Below, one piece after another: positions 30,371 to 40,593 of a stretch of DNA of 64,000 nucleotides (positions within the stretch are counted from its first letter, which is position 1; each line of letters starts with the position of its first letter). The notes under the pieces were generated by a model that did no database searches, was not told the DNA's origin, and was given only the letters and a program-made list of their open reading frames with translations. The stretch covers positions 224,001-288,000 of the forward strand of contig CAWANH010000003.1 of assembly GCA_963783375.1 (NCBI GenBank). Direction: 5' to 3'. A program made the translations under genes and the position numbers. The DNA is from Candidatus Eiseniibacteriota bacterium (GTDB lineage Bacteria > Eisenbacteria > RBG-16-71-46 > JABDJR01).

Positions 30371-31351
30371 TCAGGCGCCGGTGGCCTTCTTCACCTCCGC
30401 GGTGAGAAGGGGAAGGATCTCCAGGGCGTCGCCCACGATCCCGTAGTCCGCGACCTTGAAGATCGGAGCCTCGGGATCCTTGTTGATGGCCACGATGCGT
30501 TTCGAGGTGCGCATCCCGGCCAGGTGCTGGATGGCCCCCGAGATGCCGCAGGCGATGTAGAGGTTCGGGCTCACCGTCTTTCCGGTCTGCCCCACCTGGT
30601 GGTCGTGGTCGATCCACCCGGCGTCCACCACCGCCCGGCTCGCCCCCACCGCCGCTCCCAGGGCCTTGGCCAGATCGAAGACCAGCGGGAAGTTCTCCGG
30701 GCCCTTGAGCCCGCGGCCTCCGGAGACGATCCGGTCGGCCTCGGCCACGTCGAGCACTCCCTTCTCGGCGGTCTTGAGCGCGGTCACCCGGGCCCGCGGC
30801 GATACCCCGCCAAGGTCGAGGGTCACGGTTTCCGCCTGGGCCCCCTCGGTCGGGGCCTCGGCCGCGAACACGTTGGGCCGGGCGGTCAGCACCACCTTCT
30901 CGGCCGGCGCGGCCAGCTTCCACACCGCCTTCCCCGCGTACTGGGGACGGCTGACCGTGAGCCGGCCCCCTTCGATCTTCGCCTCGATCACCTCGGGGAG
31001 GAAGGTCCAGCCCAGCCGGGCGGCCACCCGCGGAGCGAGGTCCTTGCCCATGGCGGACGCGGAGAAGACCAGGACGTCGGCGGAGGTCTTCTCGACCGCC
31101 GCGGCCACCGCGGTGGCGTAGCCCTCGGTGGAATAGAGCTCGAGGAAGTCCGCGTCGGCCAGGCAGACCGCCGACGCCCCCTGGGCGGCGATCGGACCGG
31201 CCAGGCCGGCGATCCCCTTCCCCGCAATCACCGCGGCCGGGGTCCCGCCCCCTTCGGCGGCCAAACGCTTGCCCAGGGAGAGAGCCTCCAGGGAGCTCTT
31301 CTTGATCTCTCCTCCGCGCTGCTCGACGAACGTCAGAACCTTGTGCGCCAT
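30371..31351 (-). CDS. etfA: Electron transfer flavoprotein alpha subunit
   Basis: [29 protein letters not shown]. Confidence 0.95.
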   Translation of the reverse strand: MAHKVLTFVEQRGGEIKKSSLEALSLGKRLAAEGGGTPAAVIAGKGIAGLAGPIAAQGASAVCLADADFLELYSTEGYATAVAAAVEKTSADVLVFSASAMGKDLAPRVAARLGWTFLPEVIEAKIEGGRLTVSRPQYAGKAVWKLAAPAEKVVLTARPNVFAAEAPTEGAQAETVTLDLGGVSPRARVTALKTAEKGVLDVAEADRIVSGGRGLKGPENFPLVFDLAKALGAAVGASRAVVDAGWIDHDHQVGQTGKTVSPNLYIACGISGAIQHLAGMRTSKRIVAINKDPEAPIFKVADYGIVGDALEILPLLTAEVKKATGA

Positions 31352-31367
31352 CCTCTTTCCCCTTCCC

Positions 31368-32144
31368 TCAGAGCACTTTCTCGTCTTCGCGCAGGATGCG
31401 CACCATCTCCGCCGCCTGCTGGGCGGCGTCTCCCTCGATCATCCGGTTCTTGCGTTCCTGGGAGGGCTGGGTCACCTCCAGCACCTCGATTCGCGCCTGG
31501 GGCTCGGAGAGGCCGAGATCGGCGGCGGACAGGACCTCCAGCGGCTTCTTCTTGGCCGCCATGATCCCCTTGAGGTTGGCGTACCGGGGTTCGTTCAGCC
31601 CCTTCTGGGCGGCGATCACCGCGGGGAGGGAGAACTCGACCGCTTCGTGGCCCCCCTCGATCTCCCGGTCGGCCTTGCCGGCCTTCGCCCCGGGATCGAT
31701 CTCCAGCCCCACCACCACCGTGACCTGGGGAAGATCCAGCCGCTCGGCCAGCATGGCGGGAATGGCCATCCGGTCGTCGTCCACCGCCTGCTTTCCGCAG
31801 AGCACGAGGTCCGGTTCCTGGCGGCGGACCAGGGCGGCCAGGGCCTCGGAGACGTCGAGCGCGTCGGCCCGGGCGAAGGCGGCATCCTTCAGGGCCACCG
31901 CTTTGTCCGCGCCGAGGGCGAGGGTGTTCCGCATGGCCTCCTCGACCTTTTCCCCGCCGATCGAGACCACGATCACCTCACCGCCGTGCTTTTCCTTGAG
32001 CTGGAGCGCGGCTTCCATGGCGTACTCGTCGTAGGGGTTCACGATCCACTCCACCCCGGCCAGGTCCGCGGCCTTGCCGTCGGCGGTGGGCTTGATCCGC
32101 GCCTCGGTGGACGGCACCTGCTTCACACATACCACGATCTTCAC
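31368..32144 (-). CDS. etfB: Electron transfer flavoprotein beta subunit
   Basis: GTG start; VCVKQVP, NPYDEYA, GKQAVD, NEPRY. Confidence 0.95.
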   Translation of the reverse strand: MKIVVCVKQVPSTEARIKPTADGKAADLAGVEWIVNPYDEYAMEAALQLKEKHGGEVIVVSIGGEKVEEAMRNTLALGADKAVALKDAAFARADALDVSEALAALVRRQEPDLVLCGKQAVDDDRMAIPAMLAERLDLPQVTVVVGLEIDPGAKAGKADREIEGGHEAVEFSLPAVIAAQKGLNEPRYANLKGIMAAKKKPLEVLSAADLGLSEPQARIEVLEVTQPSQERKNRMIEGDAAQQAAEMVRILREDEKVL

Positions 32145-32245
32145 CGCATCCTCCTTCACGTAGCCGATCGGTTCCGGGCCCGGGACGTTCACGCGCCCGC
32201 GTCGCGGGGCGGCCGCATGAGAAACCCGGGGGATAGGCCCGGGAA

Positions 32246-32274
32246 AGCCTATCAGCGGGGGTGACGCGGGTCAA
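32246..32274 (-). promoter_or_regulatory. Putative sigma70 promoter of etfBA
   Basis: TTGACC-N17-TAGGCT with TGn extension. Confidence 0.5.
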
Positions 32275-32408
32275 ACCGCGGTGGGTGGACCGCGGCGATA
32301 GACCGACACGGGAGTACCCGATGCGGTACGTCGAGGAGGCGGATCGCGAGGACGCCCGAGCTGGCGGTCGGATGTCCGCCGCAGCAGTGGGGTCATGAAC
32401 AATCCGGG

Positions 32409-33146
32409 CTAGGGTTCGCGATCGAGGCCGGGACCGCCGTGGTTGGGAACCGGGGTGGCGTCGATCACCTCCATCCCCGGGGGGATGTCGAGGGCGGTGA
32501 GCGCGGCGATGTCGGATGGGTTCTTCACGATGCGGGTGAACTCGAACACCACGGTATCCCCGGTGGACTCCTTGAAGAAGAGACGCCGGGGATACCCGTT
32601 CCTGCCCACGATGAGCCGGATGTCCTCGATGGGATAGCCGGGTTCGACGTCGCGGGGAACCAGGTGAAGGGCGTTCGCCTCGCTCCCCCACTCCTCCTGG
32701 GTGACCTGGAAGGCGTCCTCCAGGCTCCGGTTACGGCCGCCGAAGAGGAGGAAGATCTCGCTTCCCGGGGAGTCGGCGCTGAAGGGATAGCGCTGGGCCT
32801 GGTTCTCTCCGGGGAGGATCACCCACAGGGAGTCCCCGCGGATCACCAGCTCCTGGGGATCCGGCTCGGTATAGGCCAGCCGGAACTCGTGGGGCGGCCG
32901 GAAGGCGAGCATCCCCCGGGCCTGGATCTCCTCTCCGGTGAGGGCCACGTCGCGGATCTGCACGAAGTCGGCGCGAATGCCCCGGACGCCCTGGAGCGCC
33001 TTCTCGAGGCGCCGCGCCTCGGCGGGAAGCTTGGCCGAGGCGGTTCGCGGGGCGAGGGCGCCCGCGGCGACGACCAGGGCCAGAACCAGGGCCGCGGCGC
33101 GGGCCGGAGGGAACGGATGGAGACACTGGGGTCGGCGGATCGTCAC
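32409..33146 (-). CDS. lolA: Outer-membrane lipoprotein carrier LolA family
   Basis: Signal peptide; ADFVQ...GMLAFRPP.EFRLAY.EP..QELVI.G..LW; C-terminal IPPG.EVID. Confidence 0.8.
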   Translation of the reverse strand: MTIRRPQCLHPFPPARAAALVLALVVAAGALAPRTASAKLPAEARRLEKALQGVRGIRADFVQIRDVALTGEEIQARGMLAFRPPHEFRLAYTEPDPQELVIRGDSLWVILPGENQAQRYPFSADSPGSEIFLLFGGRNRSLEDAFQVTQEEWGSEANALHLVPRDVEPGYPIEDIRLIVGRNGYPRRLFFKESTGDTVVFEFTRIVKNPSDIAALTALDIPPGMEVIDATPVPNHGGPGLDREP

Positions 33147-33150
33147 CGGG

Positions 33151-34062
33151 TCACCTCGTGCCGTCGTCTTCGGCTTCGGGTAGGAAATCGGGGGTCAACT
33201 CCTCGGGGGTCAGCTCACGGGTCCCCGGAGGCACGTGCAGTTCGAACAGCTTGAGATCGGCGCCGGTGTTGATCCGGACGGTGCGGAAGTTGAAATGTGT
33301 CCACTGGCCGGCCTCGGGCAGGTCGACCCGTACCTTGACCGGAAACGCCTCGGCTCCGCTCCCCTCGTAGTCCTCGTAGGTGGCGATGAGGATGGGGGAT
33401 TCGAGCTGGCTCGCCCGGCGCACTTCCAGCCGCCGGGGCTTCCCGTCGGACGCGTCCACCACCAGCACCCGGTGAAAGGCGCTTCCCGCACCTCCCCGTC
33501 CGGGCGGCACCACCAGCCGGACCTCGCCGTTCCCTTCCCGGGCGGCCGCGCCGCGGTTCCGGAGGTCGGCGGGGGGGATGCCGGCGGGAAGAAGCACCGA
33601 GATGATCTCCGCCGGCGGAAGCAGGAGCCCGGCCGAGGCGTCGGCCGATGCGGTTCGCACCACCGCTCGGTCCCGGGGAAGGTACAGCGTCCAGCCCTCC
33701 GCGTCCCCGCTCAGGTCGAACAGGGTGGCCAGACTTCCCCATCGCCCCTGGATCCGGGTGTGGGACGGGCGGGCCAGCACCAGCGAGAAATCGAAGGCCC
33801 GGGCCTTCTCTCCCTCCGCGCCCACCCGGGCCCGGCCGCCCCCCTTCACCGTCCGCAGGCCCGCCGCCCAGCGGTTGTACTTCTCCACCAGGGATGCCAG
33901 CTCCGCCGGAGGGACCGGGCGCGCCGCCACCGCCTGGGTGTCCACCACCGCCGCCGGGCGGTCCTGGGCCCGGGCGGGAGGGCTTCCCAGGGCCCACAGA
34001 CACCCGAGCGCCGTCGCGACCCCGAAAATCGACCCCCGTTTGTTGACGACGACGGTTTTCAT
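33151..34062 (-). CDS. LolA/LolB-fold periplasmic protein (DUF4292-like)
   Basis: Signal peptide; LARP..TRIQG, C-terminal FELHVPPG; adjacent to lolA. Confidence 0.6.
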   Translation of the reverse strand: MKTVVVNKRGSIFGVATALGCLWALGSPPARAQDRPAAVVDTQAVAARPVPPAELASLVEKYNRWAAGLRTVKGGGRARVGAEGEKARAFDFSLVLARPSHTRIQGRWGSLATLFDLSGDAEGWTLYLPRDRAVVRTASADASAGLLLPPAEIISVLLPAGIPPADLRNRGAAAREGNGEVRLVVPPGRGGAGSAFHRVLVVDASDGKPRRLEVRRASQLESPILIATYEDYEGSGAEAFPVKVRVDLPEAGQWTHFNFRTVRINTGADLKLFELHVPPGTRELTPEELTPDFLPEAEDDGTR

Positions 34063-34231
34063 GGCTAGGTTGTTTTGTTCCTGACTTCGTAGGCCCTTGG
34101 CCAGCGAGGACATCCCCGACCGGATCTGGACGGTTTCGAACCGCCCGCCAACCGGGCAGGCCCCGCGGCCTGCCCGCTCCTTTGAGCGGGGTTGCCGCTC
34201 ATACCCGGTCCGGCCCCCGGGCCATCCGCTC

Positions 34232-35512
34232 TCAGTCGATATATCCGAGCGAGCGGAGCCGTTCCTTCAGCTCCTCGTCGACCGGGCTCTGGACGGGCGA
34301 TTGCTTCCCCTCGCGGTCCCCGGTCTCGTAGGTGGGAATCCGGTGCTGGAACCGGTCGTGGGGGATGGTGGCGTCCAGGGCGGACCAGAGCACCTTGCCC
34401 CGCATGTCCTCGGCGGGGGGGAGCCCCATCAGCGCCAGCACCGTGGGCGCAACGTCGTAGACCGAGGCCCCGGTGATCTCCCCCTTCCCCACGTGGTTCC
34501 CGGCCATGATGATCACCCCGTTCACCTTGTGGGCCTCGACCCCTCGCCCCAGACCTCCCTTGAACCCGTGGTCGGAGACCACGATGATCGTGGTGTTCTC
34601 GTCGGCCAGGTCTAGGATGGGACCGATGAGGTGGTCGGTGAAGCGGTAGTAGGCGCGCTCCGCCCCGGTCAGGTACGGCATGCCCTCCGGATCGTCGGTC
34701 CCGGGGGGAAGCGAGTCCGGGATCATGTAGTTCCAGTAGAGATGGCCCATGGCGTCCATGCCCCGAAGGTAGACGGCCATGAAGTCCGGCCGGTCCTTCC
34801 GGTAGAGCATGGTCCCGACCTGCGCGAAGGTGACGTCGCCGGCCCCGATCCACTTGATGGGGCGAAGCAACCGGGTGAGGTTCGGGCTCATGCTCGCGGT
34901 ATCCGCCGGCTGATCGAGGAACTGATCCACGAACCGCCAGGGGACGTCCTCCCAGTGAACCACCAGGGGGGCGACCTCCGACTGGAGCCCGGGGGGATAG
35001 GTGCGGTCGTTCATGCGCGTGGAGCCCCGGGCGTCGTACTGCAGGTAGTCCGAGACCACGAACCCGTTCACCTTCTCCGCCGGCCAGCTCATGAGCCAGC
35101 CCACCACCCCCACCGATCGTCCCACCCCGGAAAAGATGTTCCACAGGGCGCGTACCTTGCGGAGGTTCTGGGTGAGGGGACGACCGTTCACCTTGTCCAC
35201 GAAGGACAGGATGCCGTGCTCCTCGGGGCTCCTGCCGGTGGCGATGGTGGTCCAGATGGCCGGGGACTTGGCCAGGGGCTCCAGGGAGCGGAGGTTACCG
35301 TAGACCCCCTCCTTCATGAGCCGGCCCAGGTTTGGGAGCTCCCCCGCTTCGACCATGGGGTGGATGAGGTCCCACTCCGCCCCGTCCAACCCGATGAGGA
35401 GGACCTTTTCCGGGGGCGCGTCCCCCGATCCACGCTTGCCGCAGGCCCCGAGAAGGGCGGCGAGGGCGATCAGAACGGCGACGATGAGAAGGTGGCGGCG
35501 ATGCCGGCGCAA
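34232..35512 (-). CDS. Alkaline-phosphatase superfamily lipoprotein (phosphodiesterase-like)
   Basis: Lipobox LGA-C; IGLDGAEW, SPAIWTTIATG, MDAMGH, VSDHGF, terminal LRSLGYI. Confidence 0.88.
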   Translation of the reverse strand: MRRHRRHLLIVAVLIALAALLGACGKRGSGDAPPEKVLLIGLDGAEWDLIHPMVEAGELPNLGRLMKEGVYGNLRSLEPLAKSPAIWTTIATGRSPEEHGILSFVDKVNGRPLTQNLRKVRALWNIFSGVGRSVGVVGWLMSWPAEKVNGFVVSDYLQYDARGSTRMNDRTYPPGLQSEVAPLVVHWEDVPWRFVDQFLDQPADTASMSPNLTRLLRPIKWIGAGDVTFAQVGTMLYRKDRPDFMAVYLRGMDAMGHLYWNYMIPDSLPPGTDDPEGMPYLTGAERAYYRFTDHLIGPILDLADENTTIIVVSDHGFKGGLGRGVEAHKVNGVIIMAGNHVGKGEITGASVYDVAPTVLALMGLPPAEDMRGKVLWSALDATIPHDRFQHRIPTYETGDREGKQSPVQSPVDEELKERLRSLGYID

Positions 35513-35614
35513 GCTAGACTCCTTTTCGGCGACCGGGGGCGTTCGCCCCCTTGGCCCCCGAAGGTGGACCCGGAAACTCTATCAGGCGGAGGGGTACCCC
35601 TCAACGCGGGGCGC

Positions 35615-36442
35615 TCATCGCTCCCAGAACTTGAGGCGCTGGACCCAGGAGGGCTCGGCCGCCTCCACCGCGGCCCGGATGTCCGGCATGCGGGCCCGGG
35701 TCTCCTCGTACCCCACCTGGATCAGCTTGGCCGACGCCATGAGGTCGAAGGAGGGGAACGATTCGGTGGGGGGACGGATCACCACGTCGGCCTTCCGCTC
35801 GGACTGGATGGCGTTCTGGCGGGCGGCGATCCCGGTCACCGCCATGGCCACGTGCAACAGGTTCCGAGGCCTCGGCGACCGCCCTTCCCGATGTCCGAGG
35901 TTCACCGCGATCACCACCGCGGGATCGAACACATCCCGCGCCGTCTCCACCGGAAGGTACTCCACCAGCCCGCCGTCCACGGCCAGGGTGCCGTCCAGCT
36001 CCACCGGCTCGAAAACGTTGGGAATCGAACTGGAGACCATGGCCGCCCGGGCCACGCTCCCCTGGCGGAAGATGATCTTCTCCCCGGTCAGGAGATCGGT
36101 GCCCACGATGGCCAGCGGGACCCGGAGATCGGCGAAGGTGACCTCGCCCAGGAGGTCGGTGAGGAAACGCGCCACCCCGGAATTGTTGAGGAGTCCGAGC
36201 CGGGGGAAGGTAAGCCGGGCCAGGTCCCGCCAGCGGAGCTCGCGGCCGATCTCCTTGATCTCCTCCACGGTGAGGCCGGCCGCGAACACCGCCCCCACGA
36301 TGGCCCCGCCGCTGGTCGCGGCGATGCAGTCGATGGGGATGCCCTCCTCCACCAGGGCCTCGAGAACCCCGATGTGGGCCAGGGACTTTGCCGTGCCCCC
36401 GCTCAGGGCGAGGGCGACGGTAGGCTTGTCGGCGGAATTCAT
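35615..36442 (-). CDS. Patatin-like phospholipase
   Basis: LALSGGTAKSLAHIGV, ATSGG nucleophile elbow, DGG. Confidence 0.88.
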   Translation of the reverse strand: MNSADKPTVALALSGGTAKSLAHIGVLEALVEEGIPIDCIAATSGGAIVGAVFAAGLTVEEIKEIGRELRWRDLARLTFPRLGLLNNSGVARFLTDLLGEVTFADLRVPLAIVGTDLLTGEKIIFRQGSVARAAMVSSSIPNVFEPVELDGTLAVDGGLVEYLPVETARDVFDPAVVIAVNLGHREGRSPRPRNLLHVAMAVTGIAARQNAIQSERKADVVIRPPTESFPSFDLMASAKLIQVGYEETRARMPDIRAAVEAAEPSWVQRLKFWER

Positions 36443-36623
36443 AGAGGACCGGGTCGATTCCCGGGGAGGAGAGAAGCGGTTCCCCGACGACCGCCTTCCG
36501 GTATGCTTGACGGCTCCGGGAAGGTCCAACGAAATCTACCCGCGCACCCGATGGAGGTCAAGGACAACCGATGCCGACAACGCCACCTCGCCGGTCCGGG
36601 TTCAGCCGCCCGATTCACGCCAC

Positions 36624-37949
36624 GTGATCCGCGCGATTCGCTCGCCGGTTCTCGGACTCTTCCTCGTTCTCCTCGCCCCCGTCGCGGCGGACGCGGGGCC
36701 GGTGCTCTTCTCCCGGCTCACCCCCTGCCCGGACTCCGAGGTGCTGGTTGTGACCGCGCGGGACACCGACCCGGCCCGATCCGACACCCTGGCCGTGGAT
36801 CCGGCCACCGGGGACATCGCCTGGTGCGGAGGACCGGTGCGGGGACTGGCCGCGGGCGAGGGGGACACCGTCTACGCCGCACTCCTCACCGGGGCGGCGG
36901 TTCTGACCGGAACCCGGCCCGCCGCCTATCTCCCCTGGGGGGCGATCGGGACGGGGTGGCAGGATGGAGGCCCATCGAAATGGCCCCGGCCCCGGCGGGG
37001 CGCGCTCCCCGCCGCCCGGGCCGCGACCCCGGTCGGAACCGTCCGCATCCTCCCCGAGCGTTACCACCCGATGGCCGAAAGCACCCTGGTGTTCGTGACC
37101 GACGCCGAGCGCGATCTCGCGCCCGGCACCCTCCTTTACGACATCCACGCCCGGGGGCCGGACGGCACCGAATACATCCTGGCCCGGAACCTGGAGCTCA
37201 GGGCCTGGGTTCAATCCCCGGGGGCGCGGTCCTGGGCGGTGGCGGCCCGGGCGCATCGTCCCGACTACGGCGGACAGGTTCGCGAGGTCGTGCTGGCGGG
37301 AACCGGCGTCCGGGTGGAGAGTTTTGATTTCGGCCGGTGTCGCTCCCTCCTCTGGGACGACGCCGGCGCCCTGTGGTCGCTGTACGAGGATGGCTCGGTG
37401 ATGCGAATGGACCCCGGCCCGACCGGATGGACAGTGACCCGGGTGGACCCGGTTCTCGCCCCCCTCCCCTGCCGACCCGGCGAGGCGGAGTCGCTCTGGG
37501 TGTGGCGGGCTCCCGGGCGCTACCGAAGCCCGGAGCCGGCGCTGAGCGTGGCGGAGACGGTGCTTCGGGGCCCCCACCGGGCTTTCCGGAGTCGCGTGGT
37601 TCAGGACGCCGACGGCGCCTACCGTCCGGTCTGGGGAGGGGACCTCACCGAGGCCGGACTCCGGGCCGCGTTCCCCGCCCCTCCCATTCCCGGGGCCCGG
37701 TCCGTGCGCGTGCGGGCCGACCGGGGCGACTTCGCCGAGGTGGTGGCCCGGATCCGCGTGCAACGTCAGAACGGCACCGTGTTGCTCCGTCACGTCTCCC
37801 AAGGGGGCGAGACCGCGTCGGAACTCTGGTGGCGATTCCTCGGCCGGCCGCGATGGGTGCGGCTGGCCGGCCCCTGGGGGCTCGCCCGCGGCGTCGATCC
37901 CCGTCAAAACGCCCCCGGTTTGGTTGACACCCCGAATGACGCACCCTAG
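36624..37949 (+). CDS. Hypothetical exported protein
   Basis: GTG start then hydrophobic signal peptide (LGLFLVLLAPVAADA). Overlaps the next gene, consistent with an operon. No recognisable family. Confidence 0.55.
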   Translation: MIRAIRSPVLGLFLVLLAPVAADAGPVLFSRLTPCPDSEVLVVTARDTDPARSDTLAVDPATGDIAWCGGPVRGLAAGEGDTVYAALLTGAAVLTGTRPAAYLPWGAIGTGWQDGGPSKWPRPRRGALPAARAATPVGTVRILPERYHPMAESTLVFVTDAERDLAPGTLLYDIHARGPDGTEYILARNLELRAWVQSPGARSWAVAARAHRPDYGGQVREVVLAGTGVRVESFDFGRCRSLLWDDAGALWSLYEDGSVMRMDPGPTGWTVTRVDPVLAPLPCRPGEAESLWVWRAPGRYRSPEPALSVAETVLRGPHRAFRSRVVQDADGAYRPVWGGDLTEAGLRAAFPAPPIPGARSVRVRADRGDFAEVVARIRVQRQNGTVLLRHVSQGGETASELWWRFLGRPRWVRLAGPWGLARGVDPRQNAPGLVDTPNDAP

Positions 37950-40593
37950 ATTTCGCCCGATGATCGCTCGCACCTTCCGCCCGGCCGCTCTTGTCCTGGC
38001 CCTCATCCCGATCCTGGGATGGGGAGGGACGGCCGTGGCCCAGACCCCCGTTCTCACCGGCGTCAGCCTCTCGGTGGACGCAATCTCCCCCAACGACGAC
38101 GGGGTGCAGGAGTTCACGGTCATCCGCTACACGGTGGCGGTGGATTCGGCCGACGTGCGGATCCGGCTCACCTCCTCCACCGGGGGGGTGCTCGACACCC
38201 TGCAGGTCTTCACCCGACAGGGCCGGGGGGCTCACGCCAAGCCCTTCGACGGCACATCCCACGGGGCCCCGGTGCCCGACGGCTCCTACCAGATGGAGAT
38301 CCTGGCCATCGGGAGCGGGGGGGAGGGCGACACCCTGGTCGGCCTCCCGCTCCTGGTGGACCGGGCGCCCCCGGTGATCACCTCCCTGGATCTCACCGCG
38401 CCCCCCGGGCCGGTGGTGCGGAACGGGGACCGGGTCTCGGTGGTGGCCTGCGTGGACGGAGATCCCCGGACCGTGACCGCCGACTTCTCGAGCCTCGACG
38501 ACCACTACACCGTCGACGCGGTGAGCGCGACCCCCATCGAGGGGACCTGCACCCGGTTCTCCTACACCGTCAGCCCGGCCAACGGCAACCCCGACCGGGC
38601 CGGCCTGCCGATCCGGATCACCGCCCGGGACCGGGCGGGGAACACCTCCCGGGACTCGCTCTCGGTCTGCCTTTCCAACCACCCTCCGGTCATCACCGAC
38701 GTGAAGCTCCTGAATGAATTCGCGGTGTTCCAGAACCAGGATCAGATCGAGACCGAGATCACGGTGAGCGCGGTGAACGAGGTGTCGGTGCGGGCGGAAT
38801 TCCAGAATCTGGATTCGGGGTTCAGCGACCTGGGCACCACGGTGACCCCCCTGGGGGGCGGCCGGTTCCAGCTCGACTACGAGATCTCGAGCGCCAACAA
38901 CCGCCCCGACGGCGACTACCGGCTGCACCTGACCGCCTACGACGTCGAGGGGTGCGGCGAGGACACCGACACCACCCTCACCGTGACCCTGGACAACGGC
39001 GGCGCCCTCCCCGCCCTGGTGGACGACGTACGCGTCACCCCCACCGCGTTCTCTCCCAACGCCGACGGAATCCAGGACGACGTGAAATTCCGCTTCAACG
39101 TGCTGGAGGAGTCGGTCTACGTCACCCTGCTGGTGCAGTACCAGCGCACGGGCTCCTCGAACCCGCAGTTCCTGACTCTCCTGGACGCCCCTGCCCCGCT
39201 CTCCGCGGGTCCCTACACCGTCTCCTGGAACGGGGCGTTCGGGTCGGGCACCCAGGTTCCCGATCAGATCCTCATCGTGTCCCTCCGGGCGGTCAGCTTC
39301 GCCAAGGACCGGCAACGCACCATCGTCGAGGACCTGGAGCTGGACCGCACCCCACCGGTCTTCAAGTCCTTCAGCCCCCCCAGCCGCACCACGATCCGGA
39401 ACGGGACCCGGGTGGATTTCTCGGCGGTCTACGACCGCCCCGGCTACACCCTTCACCCCGACTTCAGCCAGCTCGATTCGAACTTCCTGCCCGGCATCTC
39501 CACGGTGGCGATCGCGGACAGCGGGAACGGGGCCTACGGGATTTCCTATCCGGTGAGCGTCACCAACACGCGTCCGGACGGAAACCACAAGGACATCACC
39601 ATCACCGCCACCGACGCGGCCGGGAACACCAGCCCCGAGCCGGTGAGCGGCATCGTGCTCTTCTGTCTCAGCAACACCCCCCCGCGGCTGGTGTCGGCCC
39701 AGATCCTCGACCATAGCGGCGCGTTCCGGAACGGGGAGCAGGTTTCGCTCCGCACCCGATGGGTGGACGGCTTCCTCCCTCTCACCCTGAGCGCCGACTT
39801 CTCCGCCGTGGCCGGCGAGAAGTACGACCCCACCAAGGTCACGGTGATCGATCAGACCGGGGCCAATCCGGATACCGCCACCTTCGACATCGCCTACCGG
39901 CTCCCCAGCACCCTCGATGCGGTGAACGGCGGCGCGCCCCGCCCCATCAAGCTCACCGCGGTGGAGAACCCGGAGCGGGGTTGCGGAAGCGCGACGGTGG
40001 AGGCGCTCCGGATCACCCTCGACAACGTGGAGCCGGACAAGCCGACCTTGACCGTCCCGGCCGCGGTGACCCGCTCCCCCTCCATCGTCCTGAGCGGCAT
40101 CGCGGTGGGCGCCGACCAGGTGGAGATCAAGACCGCCGACGTCGTGGTGGACACCTTCGAGGTCACTTCGATCTCCGGCAGTTTCTCCGGGGAAGTGTCC
40201 CTCATCCCCGGGTCCAACCGGTTCACCGCCGTCGGCATCGATGCCGCGGGCAACACCTCCCTCGCCTCCAAGTCGGTCGAGGTGTTCTTCGTGCAGGGTG
40301 ATTTTCTCCAGGTGCCGGGGCGGTTCGGCCCCGGGAGCGAGTTCTTCCTGGGACTCACCGAGTCGGCCCCGCAGATCACCGTGCACGTCTTCAACCTGGA
40401 AGGGGTGCAGATCGCCCGTCTCGAGGGTACGGCCGGCGACCTGGTCCGCATTCCGTGGGACGGCAAGGACTCGACCGGGGGCCTCGCCTCCAGCGGCCCC
40501 TACGTCGCCGCGGTGGAGATCCGAAGCGCCGAGGGCGACATCCGGTGGATACGCAAGGCGTTCATCTTCACCCGGAAGGGGGCGGGGCAATGA
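37936..40593 (+). CDS. Secreted multi-Ig-domain protein with two internal SPNxDG FlgD-like domains and a C-terminal FlgD-Ig/CTD-like domain
   Basis: Signal peptide; ISPNDDG and FSPNADG; four (R)NG..V...DFS.LD repeats; C-terminus VFNLEGVQIA...WDGKDSTG..ASSGPY. Confidence 0.82.
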   Translation: MTHPRFRPMIARTFRPAALVLALIPILGWGGTAVAQTPVLTGVSLSVDAISPNDDGVQEFTVIRYTVAVDSADVRIRLTSSTGGVLDTLQVFTRQGRGAHAKPFDGTSHGAPVPDGSYQMEILAIGSGGEGDTLVGLPLLVDRAPPVITSLDLTAPPGPVVRNGDRVSVVACVDGDPRTVTADFSSLDDHYTVDAVSATPIEGTCTRFSYTVSPANGNPDRAGLPIRITARDRAGNTSRDSLSVCLSNHPPVITDVKLLNEFAVFQNQDQIETEITVSAVNEVSVRAEFQNLDSGFSDLGTTVTPLGGGRFQLDYEISSANNRPDGDYRLHLTAYDVEGCGEDTDTTLTVTLDNGGALPALVDDVRVTPTAFSPNADGIQDDVKFRFNVLEESVYVTLLVQYQRTGSSNPQFLTLLDAPAPLSAGPYTVSWNGAFGSGTQVPDQILIVSLRAVSFAKDRQRTIVEDLELDRTPPVFKSFSPPSRTTIRNGTRVDFSAVYDRPGYTLHPDFSQLDSNFLPGISTVAIADSGNGAYGISYPVSVTNTRPDGNHKDITITATDAAGNTSPEPVSGIVLFCLSNTPPRLVSAQILDHSGAFRNGEQVSLRTRWVDGFLPLTLSADFSAVAGEKYDPTKVTVIDQTGANPDTATFDIAYRLPSTLDAVNGGAPRPIKLTAVENPERGCGSATVEALRITLDNVEPDKPTLTVPAAVTRSPSIVLSGIAVGADQVEIKTADVVVDTFEVTSISGSFSGEVSLIPGSNRFTAVGIDAAGNTSLASKSVEVFFVQGDFLQVPGRFGPGSEFFLGLTESAPQITVHVFNLEGVQIARLEGTAGDLVRIPWDGKDSTGGLASSGPYVAAVEIRSAEGDIRWIRKAFIFTRKGAGQ

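Noticed and set aside
34043-34071. TTGACG-N17-TAGGTT on the + strand suggesting an antisense or sRNA promoter
   Set aside because: It overlaps the start of a minus-strand gene, and no downstream ORF, structure or terminator supports a transcript.
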